From: Spirochaetota bacterium
Lineage (GTDB): Bacteria; Spirochaetota; UBA12135; COTS27; CBDBHE01
Direction: 5' to 3'
Length of the DNA stretch: 64,000 nt
NCBI GenBank assembly: GCA_965205605.1
Contig: CBDBHE010000002.1
Location: 96,001-160,000 of the forward strand
The translations under genes and the position numbers were made by a program. Below, piece by piece: positions 1-9,243 of the stretch. The notes under the pieces are model-generated. The model did no database searches. It saw only the letters and a list, made by a program, of their open reading frames with translations, and had not been told where the DNA came from. Each line of letters begins with the position of its first letter. The stretch's first letter is position 1.

Positions 1-134
1 TAAAAAAAGCTAAAAAATATTTAAAAATTTGTCATTATTTTTATAATAAACGTTTTATTAAAGTAGTAAAAGAAGTATCTGCTTTATTAAATAATGCTTC
101 CATAAAAAAAAACATCTGGGAGGAGAGGTGTTTA

Positions 135-338
135 GTGCTTTTATATCGTTCTTTAGGAGAAATTGCAAAAAGAGCAACATCAAAAAATAATCCGTATACC
201 CATTTTGTTTATCGTTATAAAGGTTATTTTTATTTGGATCACACAAAGAAAAGTATCATTTCAAGTGACCTTGTATTAAAGCAATTGATATCATTGAATA
301 GAAATAGTGTTTTTTTACCTTATTTCCTTAGTTTTTAA
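135..338 (+). CDS. small hypothetical protein (67 aa)
   Basis: GTG start preceded by a strong Shine-Dalgarno-like GGAGGAGAGG; same strand as xseB; no recognisable motif. Confidence 0.4.
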   Translation: MLLYRSLGEIAKRATSKNNPYTHFVYRYKGYFYLDHTKKSIISSDLVLKQLISLNRNSVFLPYFLSF

Positions 339-436
339 CTGAGGTTATAATAATTTGTTTTACATCTAGTGATGAATTATGAAGTTTGAATTTAGTTGCC
401 AAGAATAGTTAAAAAAAAATACTTATTATAAATAAA

Positions 437-682
437 ATGAAGAAAAAGGAAGAAACTGAATTAAAAATTGAAGATTCACTTGAAGAACTTTCTAAAATTT
501 TAGATTTATTAGAAACAGAGAAACTGGATTTAGATAAAGCTTTTGTGTTGTATGAAAAAGCAGTGCATTTATCTAGAAATTTAAAAACAAAGCTGGATTT
601 TTATGAAAAAAAAATTAAAATTTTTTCAGAAGAATCATTAAAAGAATATTCTATTAAAATGGAAGATAAAAAAGATAGTTAA
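437..682 (+). CDS. xseB: exodeoxyribonuclease VII small subunit
   Basis: 81 aa with the XseB pattern IEDSLEELSKILDLLETEKLDLDKAFVLYEKAVHL. Confidence 0.85.
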   Translation: MKKKEETELKIEDSLEELSKILDLLETEKLDLDKAFVLYEKAVHLSRNLKTKLDFYEKKIKIFSEESLKEYSIKMEDKKDS

Positions 683-698
683 TTTTAGTAAAAGAAAT

Positions 699-726
699 TA
701 ATATAATGCTATGGGAATTCCGATAT
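699..726 (+). promoter_or_regulatory. candidate sigma28 (FliA) promoter upstream of fliS
   Basis: TAAT-N16-TCCGATAT resembles the TAAA-N15/16-GCCGATAA consensus; an overlapping TATAAT lies at 702-707. Confidence 0.4.
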
Positions 727-770
727 TGATTATACAAGTCATTAAGGTAATAGTATTTTTATTTTAAAGG

Positions 771-1217
771 GTGAAAAGTATGATTTATGGAAATAACGAA
801 GATTATAAAAAATATCTTTCTAATCAAATTCAAACAGCAAATTCTGGACAACTAATTGTTTTGCTTTATGAAGGAGCTATAAAATCAATTAATATTGCTA
901 TTGATAACATGAATTATAAAACTTATGACAAAGTTAATGAACATGCTATAAAAGCTATTAATATTCTTGATGAACTTCAAAAATCTTTAGATATGAAAGC
1001 AGGGGAAATCGCAGAGAGATTGGACTCAATTTATGAATATTTATTAAGAGAGTTGAAAAAAGCAAATATAGAAAAAGATTCCAAACTTTTAGAACAAGTA
1101 AAAAAAATTTTATTAGATTTATTAGCATCTTGGAAAGCTGTTTCTAAACAATCTGATCAAAAACAAATAAAAAAAGATAGAAAAAACTATAGTAGTGGTT
1201 TTGAAATTTTAGGGTGA
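771..1217 (+). CDS. fliS: flagellin export chaperone FliS
   Basis: IQTANSGQLIVLLYEGAI ... ELQKSLDMKAGEIAERLDSIYEYL ... W signature of FliS. Confidence 0.95.
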   Translation: MKSMIYGNNEDYKKYLSNQIQTANSGQLIVLLYEGAIKSINIAIDNMNYKTYDKVNEHAIKAINILDELQKSLDMKAGEIAERLDSIYEYLLRELKKANIEKDSKLLEQVKKILLDLLASWKAVSKQSDQKQIKKDRKNYSSGFEILG

Positions 1218-1471
1218 TATCAAAAGCTTTAAGAGAAGCTTTCTTTTTAGTTTCTTATCAAAAAAAACTAATAGAAGAAAATAAATTTTCTCTTTACCCG
1301 AGGTCAATCTTTTTTTTAAAAGATTGTTTATTAAAGCTTTTTTCTGATAAATCTTTTTTTAAGACAAATGCTTACTTGAAATTAAAAGAAGAAATTTTTT
1401 TTAATAAAAAGCTTCTTAGTAAAAAACATTTTCAAATGAAAGATTATTTGAGTTCTCTTAAACCTTTATAA
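1214..1471 (+). CDS. hypothetical protein, translationally coupled to fliS (FliT/FlgN position)
   Basis: GTGA overlap with the fliS stop; 85 aa, basic, probably helical; no motif recognised. Confidence 0.45.
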   Translation: MISKALREAFFLVSYQKKLIEENKFSLYPRSIFFLKDCLLKLFSDKSFFKTNAYLKLKEEIFFNKKLLSKKHFQMKDYLSSLKPL

Positions 1472-1475
1472 TTAT

Positions 1476-2102
1476 TTATAAAAAATAAATATATTTTAAA
1501 ATAGCTTTTTTATTAAAAAGAGTATAGAAAAGAAGAAGGCTTAAAAAGTAATAGCAGTTTATTATCATTAATAATGATAATGTTGTTTTTTCTTTTTCAA
1601 TGTCACTGCTTTCTAAAAATAATAGTTTCACATTATAGTGTGTCGTTAAATAATATAAAAAGCTGAAAGAAAAATAAAAACAATAATGATGATACATATT
1701 AATTTCAACTTTGTGATAATAAGAATAAATAAGGATACTATAGTACAGTACTAAGGTTAAGAAAGGACTCATTGGAAATAAATAAGGTGCTAATCTAATA
1801 ATGGTATTTGTTTTACTGGTTTTAATGTAACCAAAATCTCTTGTTACTTTAAATTCTTTTACTTTTCCTGAATAAAGTAACACAAAAAAAGCATGGGAGC
1901 ACTCATGAAAAAAAATATAAATTAATTTTGGTATTTTTGTACATTTAACCATCATTAAACTAAATGCAATACCAAATAGAAAAATAATTATTTCAATTAA
2001 GTGAAAGTAATTACTTTTAAAAAAAACAAGCGTTAAATGTAAATTAAAAGGGAATATAAAAATAAGAAAAAAAGAATAGAACCAATAAAAAAATGAATTC
2101 AA
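1476..2102 (-). CDS. M50-like membrane metallopeptidase
   Basis: Several hydrophobic segments; HExxH motif (FFHECSH) followed by G-rich strands and LAPY, typical of Peptidase_M50B-like proteins. Confidence 0.7.
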   Translation of the reverse strand: MNSFFYWFYSFFLIFIFPFNLHLTLVFFKSNYFHLIEIIIFLFGIAFSLMMVKCTKIPKLIYIFFHECSHAFFVLLYSGKVKEFKVTRDFGYIKTSKTNTIIRLAPYLFPMSPFLTLVLYYSILIYSYYHKVEINMYHHYCFYFSFSFLYYLTTHYNVKLLFLESSDIEKEKTTLSLLMIINCYYFLSLLLFYTLFNKKAILKYIYFL

Positions 2103-2105
2103 TTT

Positions 2106-2534
2106 TTAATTAATTTTTTTTTCTATTTCATTTAGTCGTTGTTTAGAAAGAGTTTTAGCAGGTAAAATATCAGCATAATCTCTGATGACTTTATTAAAAA
2201 ACTGACTTGCTAATTTATAACGTTTTTGTATTAGATAACAAAAGCCAATTTCATAATGAGCCCATGCCAAATTTTTTTTATAAAGATCTTTTTTATGGGA
2301 AAATTTTTCTATAATTTTTTTATTTTCTTTGATAGTTTTAGAATACGCTTTGTGATTATAGTAATATTTTGCTTTTTCTTCATACAAACTTGGTGTTTTT
2401 TCATTAATGTAGCTACTTTTCTCTATTTTTGGAGACTTGATAGTTGTACAGTTTTGGTGAAAAAAAGCAAAAACTAATATAAAAAAAAAATTAGTTTGAA
2501 GAAGAGCTTTCATCCCCATAAGAATAAACTTCAT
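2106..2534 (-). CDS. TPR-repeat lipoprotein
   Basis: Hydrophobic N-terminus ending in a Cys (HQNC); TPR motif WAHYEIGFCYLIQKRYKLASQFFNKVI; the true start may be a downstream Met. Confidence 0.7.
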   Translation of the reverse strand: MKFILMGMKALLQTNFFFILVFAFFHQNCTTIKSPKIEKSSYINEKTPSLYEEKAKYYYNHKAYSKTIKENKKIIEKFSHKKDLYKKNLAWAHYEIGFCYLIQKRYKLASQFFNKVIRDYADILPAKTLSKQRLNEIEKKIN

Positions 2535-2790
2535 CTTTTATTGGCAAGCTTTTTCTAAGCTCTCTAATATATTCTTTTTCATCATCTCCCATGGGCTCAT
2601 AAGAATTACAAAAATCAATACTTCGTCTAGCTGCTGTAAAATATTTATAATATTTAATTTCACCTATTTTTTTTTTCCATTTATCTTTTTGGCAATGAAT
2701 TCGAAGTAAATACTGATTGCTAATAATAGCTGATTTTCTAACGACTAAACAATTTTTGCAATTAGAACAAAATATTTTATCTGCAGGCAT
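2491..2790 (-). CDS. Cys-rich conserved hypothetical protein (possible Zn-binding)
   Basis: CSNCKNC ... C ... C; resembles from memory a small protein conserved in spirochetes (LR.RC...WKKK.GE.K.YKYFT.ARR). Confidence 0.7.
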   Translation of the reverse strand: MPADKIFCSNCKNCLVVRKSAIISNQYLLRIHCQKDKWKKKIGEIKYYKYFTAARRSIDFCNSYEPMGDDEKEYIRELRKSLPIKDEVYSYGDESSSSN

Positions 2791-2863
2791 TTTAATTCCT
2801 ATTTAATTAATTTTAATAAAGTATTATACAAGTAAAAAAAATAATTGTCAAAATATATCTTTT

Positions 2864-4537
2864 TTAAGAGTCAAGAAAATCTTGTGCCATTTGTTTGCTT
2901 TTTTCATCAAATTCTTTTCCGGTAAGCATTCTTGCTATTTCTATTATTTTTTGATTTTCATCTAAGATATTAATATTAGTATTAGTTTTATTATTTTCTG
3001 TTTTTTTACTAATTTTAAAATGAGTGTTAGCAAACTTAGCAATTTGAGCTAAATGAGTAATGACTAATACTTGTCTATAATGACTAATATTAGAAAGCTT
3101 GTTTCCTATATGAAGAGCGGTTGCTCCTCCAATTCCAGCATCAATTTCATCAAAAATCATCACAGGAATGTCTTCTTTTTCGTTTAAAAGTGATTTTAAA
3201 GAAAGCATAATACGAGAGATTTCTCCCCCTGAGGCTATTTCTTTAAGTCTTCTAAAGGGAGCTTCTGGGGCTGCTTGATATAAAAACTCAATATAATCGA
3301 TTCCATTTTCATTTAAGATTGGTTTAGGTTCATTGGCTTCATGAGAGTTTAGATCGATAGCTAATTTAGAGGTTGTCATTCCTAAAAAACTAATTTCTTC
3401 TTGAATTTTTTTTTCAAAAGTATCTTTTCCATTTTTTCTTCTTTTGTGAAGTTCTTGAGCTAAAGAAAAGACTTCATTTTCTAGTTTTATTTTTTCCTTT
3501 TCAAATTTTTCTTTTTCGATATGACTATCTTCTAAAAATAAAAGTTTTTTTTTAGATTCTTCAAGTTTTTTTTGAAGCTCCAAGAGGCTTAAAGCATACT
3601 TGCGTCTTAAGCTTTCAGCTTTAGCTAACTTGTTGTTAAGTTGGTCGATAGATAGGCTTTGATTGTCAAGGGTATGTGAGAATTTTTTTTCTTCTTGATT
3701 TTCTATTTCTTCAAGTAAATCGATAGCTTGTAAATATTGTGTTTTCAGATTTTTCAATTTTTCGTTAGAGGTGTTAAGAGCTTCGATTGAATTTTTTTGT
3801 TTGTAAAGTTTGGGTAAAATTTCATTTTTTAAAACAAAATAGTTTTCTTGTAAAATTTGATCAAAATTTTCTTTTTGTTCTAATTTTTTAAGCTGATCTT
3901 TAAAAGAATTGTATTCTTCTTCACTAATTAGATTGCCTTCTAGTTCTTTAATATTAAAAAGAAGGAGCTCTTTTTCTTCTTGAATTTTTTTTTCTTTTTT
4001 TTGTATGGCTTCGATTTGATAATTGATCAACTTATAATCTTGGTAATTTTTTTGGAAAATTTTGTTTAAATTATCTAGATTGAGGAATTTATCATAGAGT
4101 TCAATATGAGCATTAATATTAAAAAGACGTTGGTTTTGATGTTGGGCATGAATATCAATAAGATTATAAGCGATCTGTTTTAAAGTTTTAATATTGGTTA
4201 AATGATCATTAATAAAACATTTTGATTTACCTTCTCGGTTCATTTCTCTTCTAAGAGAAAGTTGATGATTCTTAATTTTTATTTTTAATAATTTTTCAAC
4301 TTTTTGTTTAATATTAGAAAGTGGTTTTAGATCAAAAGTTGAAATAACTTTTAAAAAATTTTTTCCTGGTTGAATAAAATCAATGGAAATTCTTTCTCCT
4401 AAAGTTGTATTTAAAGCTCCTAAAAATATAGACTTTCCTGCCCCTGTTTCTCCTGAAATAACATTGAGTCCTTTTGATAGTTGAATCACTTCTTCTTCAA
4501 TAAAGATAAAATTGTAAATAGCAATTTGGTTTAGCAT
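2864..4537 (-). CDS. recN: DNA repair protein RecN
   Basis: Walker A SGETGAGKS, coiled coil, signature ASGGEISRIML, Walker B IFDEIDAG, ITHLAQIA. Confidence 0.97.
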   Translation of the reverse strand: MLNQIAIYNFIFIEEEVIQLSKGLNVISGETGAGKSIFLGALNTTLGERISIDFIQPGKNFLKVISTFDLKPLSNIKQKVEKLLKIKIKNHQLSLRREMNREGKSKCFINDHLTNIKTLKQIAYNLIDIHAQHQNQRLFNINAHIELYDKFLNLDNLNKIFQKNYQDYKLINYQIEAIQKKEKKIQEEKELLLFNIKELEGNLISEEEYNSFKDQLKKLEQKENFDQILQENYFVLKNEILPKLYKQKNSIEALNTSNEKLKNLKTQYLQAIDLLEEIENQEEKKFSHTLDNQSLSIDQLNNKLAKAESLRRKYALSLLELQKKLEESKKKLLFLEDSHIEKEKFEKEKIKLENEVFSLAQELHKRRKNGKDTFEKKIQEEISFLGMTTSKLAIDLNSHEANEPKPILNENGIDYIEFLYQAAPEAPFRRLKEIASGGEISRIMLSLKSLLNEKEDIPVMIFDEIDAGIGGATALHIGNKLSNISHYRQVLVITHLAQIAKFANTHFKISKKTENNKTNTNINILDENQKIIEIARMLTGKEFDEKSKQMAQDFLDS

Positions 4538-4543
4538 CGCTAA

Positions 4544-5800
4544 TTATATTTTTAAAAAAAATTTTCTTAATAATTCGATATTGTGTTTGTGCCCTGTTTT
4601 ATTAGCGGTAACCTTACAACGAAAAGGGTGCTTACTTAGAGAAAAATCACCTATAATGTCTAAAATCTTATGTCTTGCAAATTCCTTTTCAAACCTCAAA
4701 TTAGTATTAACTACTTTAGCTTTATCAATTAAAAGAGAATTATCAAGACTAGCTCCTTGTGCTAGTCCAATAGCTTGAAGAGTTTTGGTTTCTTCTAAAA
4801 ATCCAAAAGTTCTTGCAGGAGCAATTTCTTTTTTAAATACTTTAGGTGCTTCTTTACTAAGGTCAACTTTATAAATTTGATCTTTTTGAATTTTGTTAGG
4901 GTAAGAAAAAGTATATTCGATTTTAAAACCATCATAAGGTTCAATACGAATCCATTTTGTGTTATCTTTAGGATCTTTGTATTCGTAAGTTTTTTTTATT
5001 TCAATGGTTTTTAAGGTGTCTTCTTGTTCAACGATGCCTGTTTTTTCTAAAAGATCACACCACTGGATTGAAGAACCATCTAAAATAGGAATTTCTTCAT
5101 TGACTTTAATACAAATGTTACAAACCCCATAAACTTGAAGTGTGGCTAAAAGGTGTTCGACACAAGAAATAGAAAAATTTTTATTTTTGAGAGTGGTTGC
5201 TTGATTTGTTGAGATGACATTTTCAAAAGAAGCTTTTAATGATTTACCAGATGAGATTTCTTCAAAAATAATGCCACTATTGATAGGAAGTGGGATTAAA
5301 ATCACCCCTGTATTATTTCCTTTGTGAATTCCTTTTCCAGTAATAACAGCATTTTTAGCGATTGTTTTTTGCTTAATGGGAGTTTTTTTTATAGGGATGG
5401 TTTGATAATTGATTGATTTTGATGAGTGGGTGTTTTGATTAGTTTGTAAGTGTTCTGAAATTTTAAATAAAAGAGATTCTCTACTGAATGGTTTTTCTAA
5501 AAAATCGTTGGCTCCATTTTTGGTAACTTCAATTGTTGAGTTTGTGTTAATGTGACCTGAGATAATAATAATAGGGATATGGGCCCATTTTTTTTTAATT
5601 TCTTTTAATACTTGAAGTCCATCTTTTTCTGGCATCCAAATATCTAAGAAAATCAAATCTATTTGATGAGGATTAATTATCGAATCAATTTTTAAAGGAT
5701 TAGTACAATGAATGCTTTCATATTCAGAGCCTTTTAAAATATTAGCGATTGATTTTTGAATTAATTGTTCATCATCTATAATTAAAATTTTTTTTTTCAT
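4544..5800 (-). CDS. lpxC: response-regulator receiver domain fused to UDP-3-O-acyl-N-acetylglucosamine deacetylase LpxC
   Basis: N-terminal REC domain (IIDDE, FLDIWMP, IISGH, LEKPF); C-terminal LpxC (QKTI..GKGIH, VEHLLA, PILDGSS, IAPARTFGF, RHKILDIIGD, TGH). Confidence 0.92.
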   Translation of the reverse strand: MKKKILIIDDEQLIQKSIANILKGSEYESIHCTNPLKIDSIINPHQIDLIFLDIWMPEKDGLQVLKEIKKKWAHIPIIIISGHINTNSTIEVTKNGANDFLEKPFSRESLLFKISEHLQTNQNTHSSKSINYQTIPIKKTPIKQKTIAKNAVITGKGIHKGNNTGVILIPLPINSGIIFEEISSGKSLKASFENVISTNQATTLKNKNFSISCVEHLLATLQVYGVCNICIKVNEEIPILDGSSIQWCDLLEKTGIVEQEDTLKTIEIKKTYEYKDPKDNTKWIRIEPYDGFKIEYTFSYPNKIQKDQIYKVDLSKEAPKVFKKEIAPARTFGFLEETKTLQAIGLAQGASLDNSLLIDKAKVVNTNLRFEKEFARHKILDIIGDFSLSKHPFRCKVTANKTGHKHNIELLRKFFLKI

Positions 5801-5864
5801 TTTGTTTATCTAATTCACTAAAAAAACTTTACTTGATTTATAAGGGTAAACTTGTGCTTTTAGT

Positions 5865-6548
5865 TTGCTCTTTCATTGTTTCCAAACTAATAATATAATG
5901 AGAAGTATTTTTATGGTAAGCTTACAAATATCTTTTTTGAAAATTCCTATTAAATTAATTTCAGAAAATGATTTAATGAATATCATTAAAAAATCTATTA
6001 AAAATAAAAAAAAAATTTCATTATACCCTCTTTATTTTAAAAATATCATCCCCTTTTTGTTTTTTAAAAATTATAGAAACTATCTTAGTTCTTTAGATAT
6101 TATTTATTCGGCGAGTTCTTTTTTATCTTTTTTGATTTTAATTTTTTTTAAAAAAAAATTTTCTTCAATTAATCCAACTCAATTAATGCTTAATACTATT
6201 GAAACTTTAATTCCTAAAAAAGCTTCTTTTTTTTTTGTTGGCATTAGTTCTAGTCAATATAAAAGTTTACAACATTATTTAAAAATATTTTTTCCTGAAA
6301 TATTTTTAAAAGGTTCTATTGATTATCGACTTTTAAAAAGTCGTTTATCAGATTCAATTGAACTCATTAAAAAAATGCAACCAACTGTTCTTTTTGTAAG
6401 TGGACAATTCCCTTCCAAGTGTGCTAAGGATGTTCAAAAAGAATTGATTTTAGATAAAAAAAAAGAACCTACAGTTATTTCTTTTTGTTCAAAAGGTTTA
6501 GAAAGATATAGTAAAATTAAAACGAAAAATAAGAAAAAATTTTTTTAA
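5865..6548 (+). CDS. WecB/TagA/CpsF-like glycosyltransferase (divergent)
   Basis: Loose match to the TagA/WecG layout (YRNYLSSLDIIY, SFFFVG, IKKMQPTVLFV); true start probably ATG 5898 or 5913. Confidence 0.5.
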   Translation: MLFHCFQTNNIMRSIFMVSLQISFLKIPIKLISENDLMNIIKKSIKNKKKISLYPLYFKNIIPFLFFKNYRNYLSSLDIIYSASSFLSFLILIFFKKKFSSINPTQLMLNTIETLIPKKASFFFVGISSSQYKSLQHYLKIFFPEIFLKGSIDYRLLKSRLSDSIELIKKMQPTVLFVSGQFPSKCAKDVQKELILDKKKEPTVISFCSKGLERYSKIKTKNKKKFF

Positions 6549-6591
6549 AAAAAGCTCACTCAATTTTTAATAGAAAAATACTTAAAAAACA

Positions 6592-7497
6592 ATGTTAACT
6601 AATTTTTTGGATTTTTATCAAAATCTTCCCAATCGGGTTAACCCTTCTATTATTAGCTTTTATGGCTTTGAGCTTCGTTGGTATAGCCTAGGCTATATTT
6701 TCTCATTTCTTTTGTTTTGGGCTCTTATTTCTTATCGAATAAAGAAAAATGAAGCTGCTTTTAAAATTACGCTTAAAGATATTGAAGATTCTATGTTTTA
6801 TCTTTTTTTAGGGGTTATTTTAGGGGGGAGATTGGGGTATGTTATCTTTTATGATTTTTCTTATTATATTAAAAATCCTATTTCTGTTATTTTTCCTTTT
6901 AGTTTTGAAAATGGGTTTAAATTTACGGGGATTTCGGGAATGTCTTATCATGGGGGTGTTTTAGGGGTTATCGTTTCGATATTACTTTTTTGTAAAAAGA
7001 AACAAAAGTTTTTTTTCGATGTGATGGATTTTTACTTGCCTTGTATTCCAATAGGTTATTTTTTTGGTAGACTTGGTAATTTTATGAATGGTGAACTTTA
7101 TGGAAGAATTACTGAAAGTCCTTGGGGAATGTATTTTTATACACAATATATTATTGATGATCAAAAAATCAAAAAAGTTTTTACAGAATTAAGACACCCA
7201 AGTCAATTATATGAAGCTTTTTTTGAAGGATTAGTTTTGTTTTTCTTTCTCTGGTTAATTAGAAATAATAAGAAATTAAGGAAAAGTTTTATTTCTGCTT
7301 TTTATCTAATCGGTTATGGGTCCTTTCGTTTTTTCATTGAATTTTATAGAGAGCCTGATAAACAATTTGTAAATCATGGACAAGAAATTGGGACTGCTTT
7401 TTGGTTTTTAACAATGGGACAAATTTTATGTTTTTTTATGGTTTTTATTGGTCTTTTCTTAATTTTTTTTAGGTTAAAAAAAGCTAAAACAATATGA
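6592..7497 (+). CDS. lgt: prolipoprotein diacylglyceryl transferase
   Basis: LRWYSLGY, LGGRLGYVIFY, GMSYHGG, GRLGNFMNGELYGR, HPSQLYE, RFFIEFYREPD, TMGQIL. Confidence 0.97.
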   Translation: MLTNFLDFYQNLPNRVNPSIISFYGFELRWYSLGYIFSFLLFWALISYRIKKNEAAFKITLKDIEDSMFYLFLGVILGGRLGYVIFYDFSYYIKNPISVIFPFSFENGFKFTGISGMSYHGGVLGVIVSILLFCKKKQKFFFDVMDFYLPCIPIGYFFGRLGNFMNGELYGRITESPWGMYFYTQYIIDDQKIKKVFTELRHPSQLYEAFFEGLVLFFFLWLIRNNKKLRKSFISAFYLIGYGSFRFFIEFYREPDKQFVNHGQEIGTAFWFLTMGQILCFFMVFIGLFLIFFRLKKAKTI

Positions 7498-9239
7498 GAA
7501 AAATTATTTTTTTTACCTGCTTTTTTATGTTTTTTTATGCTCAAGGGTGGTCGTTAGTTGAGTTTATCGAAGCTAGGAAATTAAAAAAAAATATGATTCT
7601 TGTTGGCAAAACAAGAATCGCTGGTAATAAAATGATAGAATTTAAGTTAAAAATTTTATCAGTTTTATTAGGCTCTTCTCCTGGAGAAGATTCCATTTTA
7701 GCTGAAATAGACAATGATTTTTTTAAAGAAACAGGGGTTTTAGCAGGAATGAGTGGTTCTCCTGTTTATTATGATAATAGATTAGTTGGTGCTATTGCTA
7801 CCTCGGTTACATTTTCGAAAAAGCCGATTGTGGGGATTACTCCTATTAAAAATATGTTAAGAATCATTGATTATAGTTTTAAAGAAAAAAAAACTGATTA
7901 TTTATCATCAAAAAATTTTCATGGAATGAAGCCGATTAATATTCCCATAGAAATTTCAGGAGGATTTTATTTAAATAATCAATTTTTTAAAGAAATTTTA
8001 GGGTATTCTTCTGATGTTTTAATCACACCTCAAGGGACAAGGGGACAATTAAAAAGTAAAACAAAATTACAAAATAATGAAGATTCAATTGATTCTAAAA
8101 TAAAATTACAAGCAGGTGATGCTTGTGGTATTAATTTAGTTAGAGGAGATCTAAATATATCCGCTTCAGGAACAGTTACCTATGTTAGTAATAATTTTAT
8201 TTTAGCTATGGGCCATCCTATTAATCTTGCTGGAAAAATTAAGTGGCCACTTCATAAACATTATGTTGATGCTGTTGTACCAAGATTAAATGTTTCTTAT
8301 AAAATAGGTTCTTTAGGGGAAGAGGTTGGAGCTTTTTTAGAAGATAGATCAACGGGTATATTGGGAAAAATAGGAGAAAAAGCTCCACGAATTCCTTTAA
8401 AAGTTACTTTAAAAAGTCCTCTTCAAAAAAAACATTTTTCTTATGAAATAGTAGATGATAAAAATTATTTTGTTAATCTGGCAACAGTAGTTCTTTTAAA
8501 TAGCTTTACTTATTATGAAAATCTTCATGAAGATAGCAGTTTGTTGTACACCATTAAATTATATACAGATTATCAAGATAAAGTCATTACTTTAAAAGAC
8601 ATGGCTTCTGGTTTTTCAAGTCAAAAAACGTTGCGATCTTTTTCTTATTTTTTTCAATCAGTCCTTAATGATCTTTTTAAAAATAGATTTTTAGAGATTA
8701 ATATAAAAAAAATAGAAGTCTTATTAGAATCAAAACAAAGTATTCACCATTCTTTAATCAATAATTTTCAGTCAGATAAGCAAGTCTATCATCCAGGTGA
8801 AACCATTTATTTAAAAGCACAACTTGATCCTTACAAAAGAAAAAAATATTGGAAAGATTTTTCAATAAAAATTCCAAAAAATACTAAGGAAGGTTATTAT
8901 AAAGTTAATATTTCTAGTGGCCGTCATTTTCTTTTTCGTGATTCTTCATCTTTTCCTAAAAAATATAAAGCACAATCTATTGAACATTTATTCAAGATAC
9001 TTAATTTACATATTTCTTCTCAAACATTAATGGTTTGGATCCATATGAATTCTCTTGGGATTTTTGTTAAAGATAAAGAATATAAACGTCTTCCATATTT
9101 TCAAAGAAAATTAATTCAATCTTCACGTCAATCAAAAAAATCTTCTTCAGGTGAATTTTTAGTAGAGTATGAAGAAATCGATGAAGTTGTTCTTGGATCT
9201 AGTTTTATCGAAATTGAGGTAATTAAAAATAAATTTTAA
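7494..9239 (+). CDS. SpoIVB-like peptidase S55 domain protein, secreted
   Basis: Signal peptide; GVLAGMSGSPVY catalytic Ser motif; GTVTYV..LAMGHP; no PDZ domain evident. Confidence 0.85.
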   Translation: MRKIIFFTCFFMFFYAQGWSLVEFIEARKLKKNMILVGKTRIAGNKMIEFKLKILSVLLGSSPGEDSILAEIDNDFFKETGVLAGMSGSPVYYDNRLVGAIATSVTFSKKPIVGITPIKNMLRIIDYSFKEKKTDYLSSKNFHGMKPINIPIEISGGFYLNNQFFKEILGYSSDVLITPQGTRGQLKSKTKLQNNEDSIDSKIKLQAGDACGINLVRGDLNISASGTVTYVSNNFILAMGHPINLAGKIKWPLHKHYVDAVVPRLNVSYKIGSLGEEVGAFLEDRSTGILGKIGEKAPRIPLKVTLKSPLQKKHFSYEIVDDKNYFVNLATVVLLNSFTYYENLHEDSSLLYTIKLYTDYQDKVITLKDMASGFSSQKTLRSFSYFFQSVLNDLFKNRFLEINIKKIEVLLESKQSIHHSLINNFQSDKQVYHPGETIYLKAQLDPYKRKKYWKDFSIKIPKNTKEGYYKVNISSGRHFLFRDSSSFPKKYKAQSIEHLFKILNLHISSQTLMVWIHMNSLGIFVKDKEYKRLPYFQRKLIQSSRQSKKSSSGEFLVEYEEIDEVVLGSSFIEIEVIKNKF

Positions 9240-9243
9240 ACCA

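Noticed and set aside
58-246. 62-aa minus-strand ORF
   Set aside because: Overlaps the plus-strand ORF that has a clear RBS; no motif
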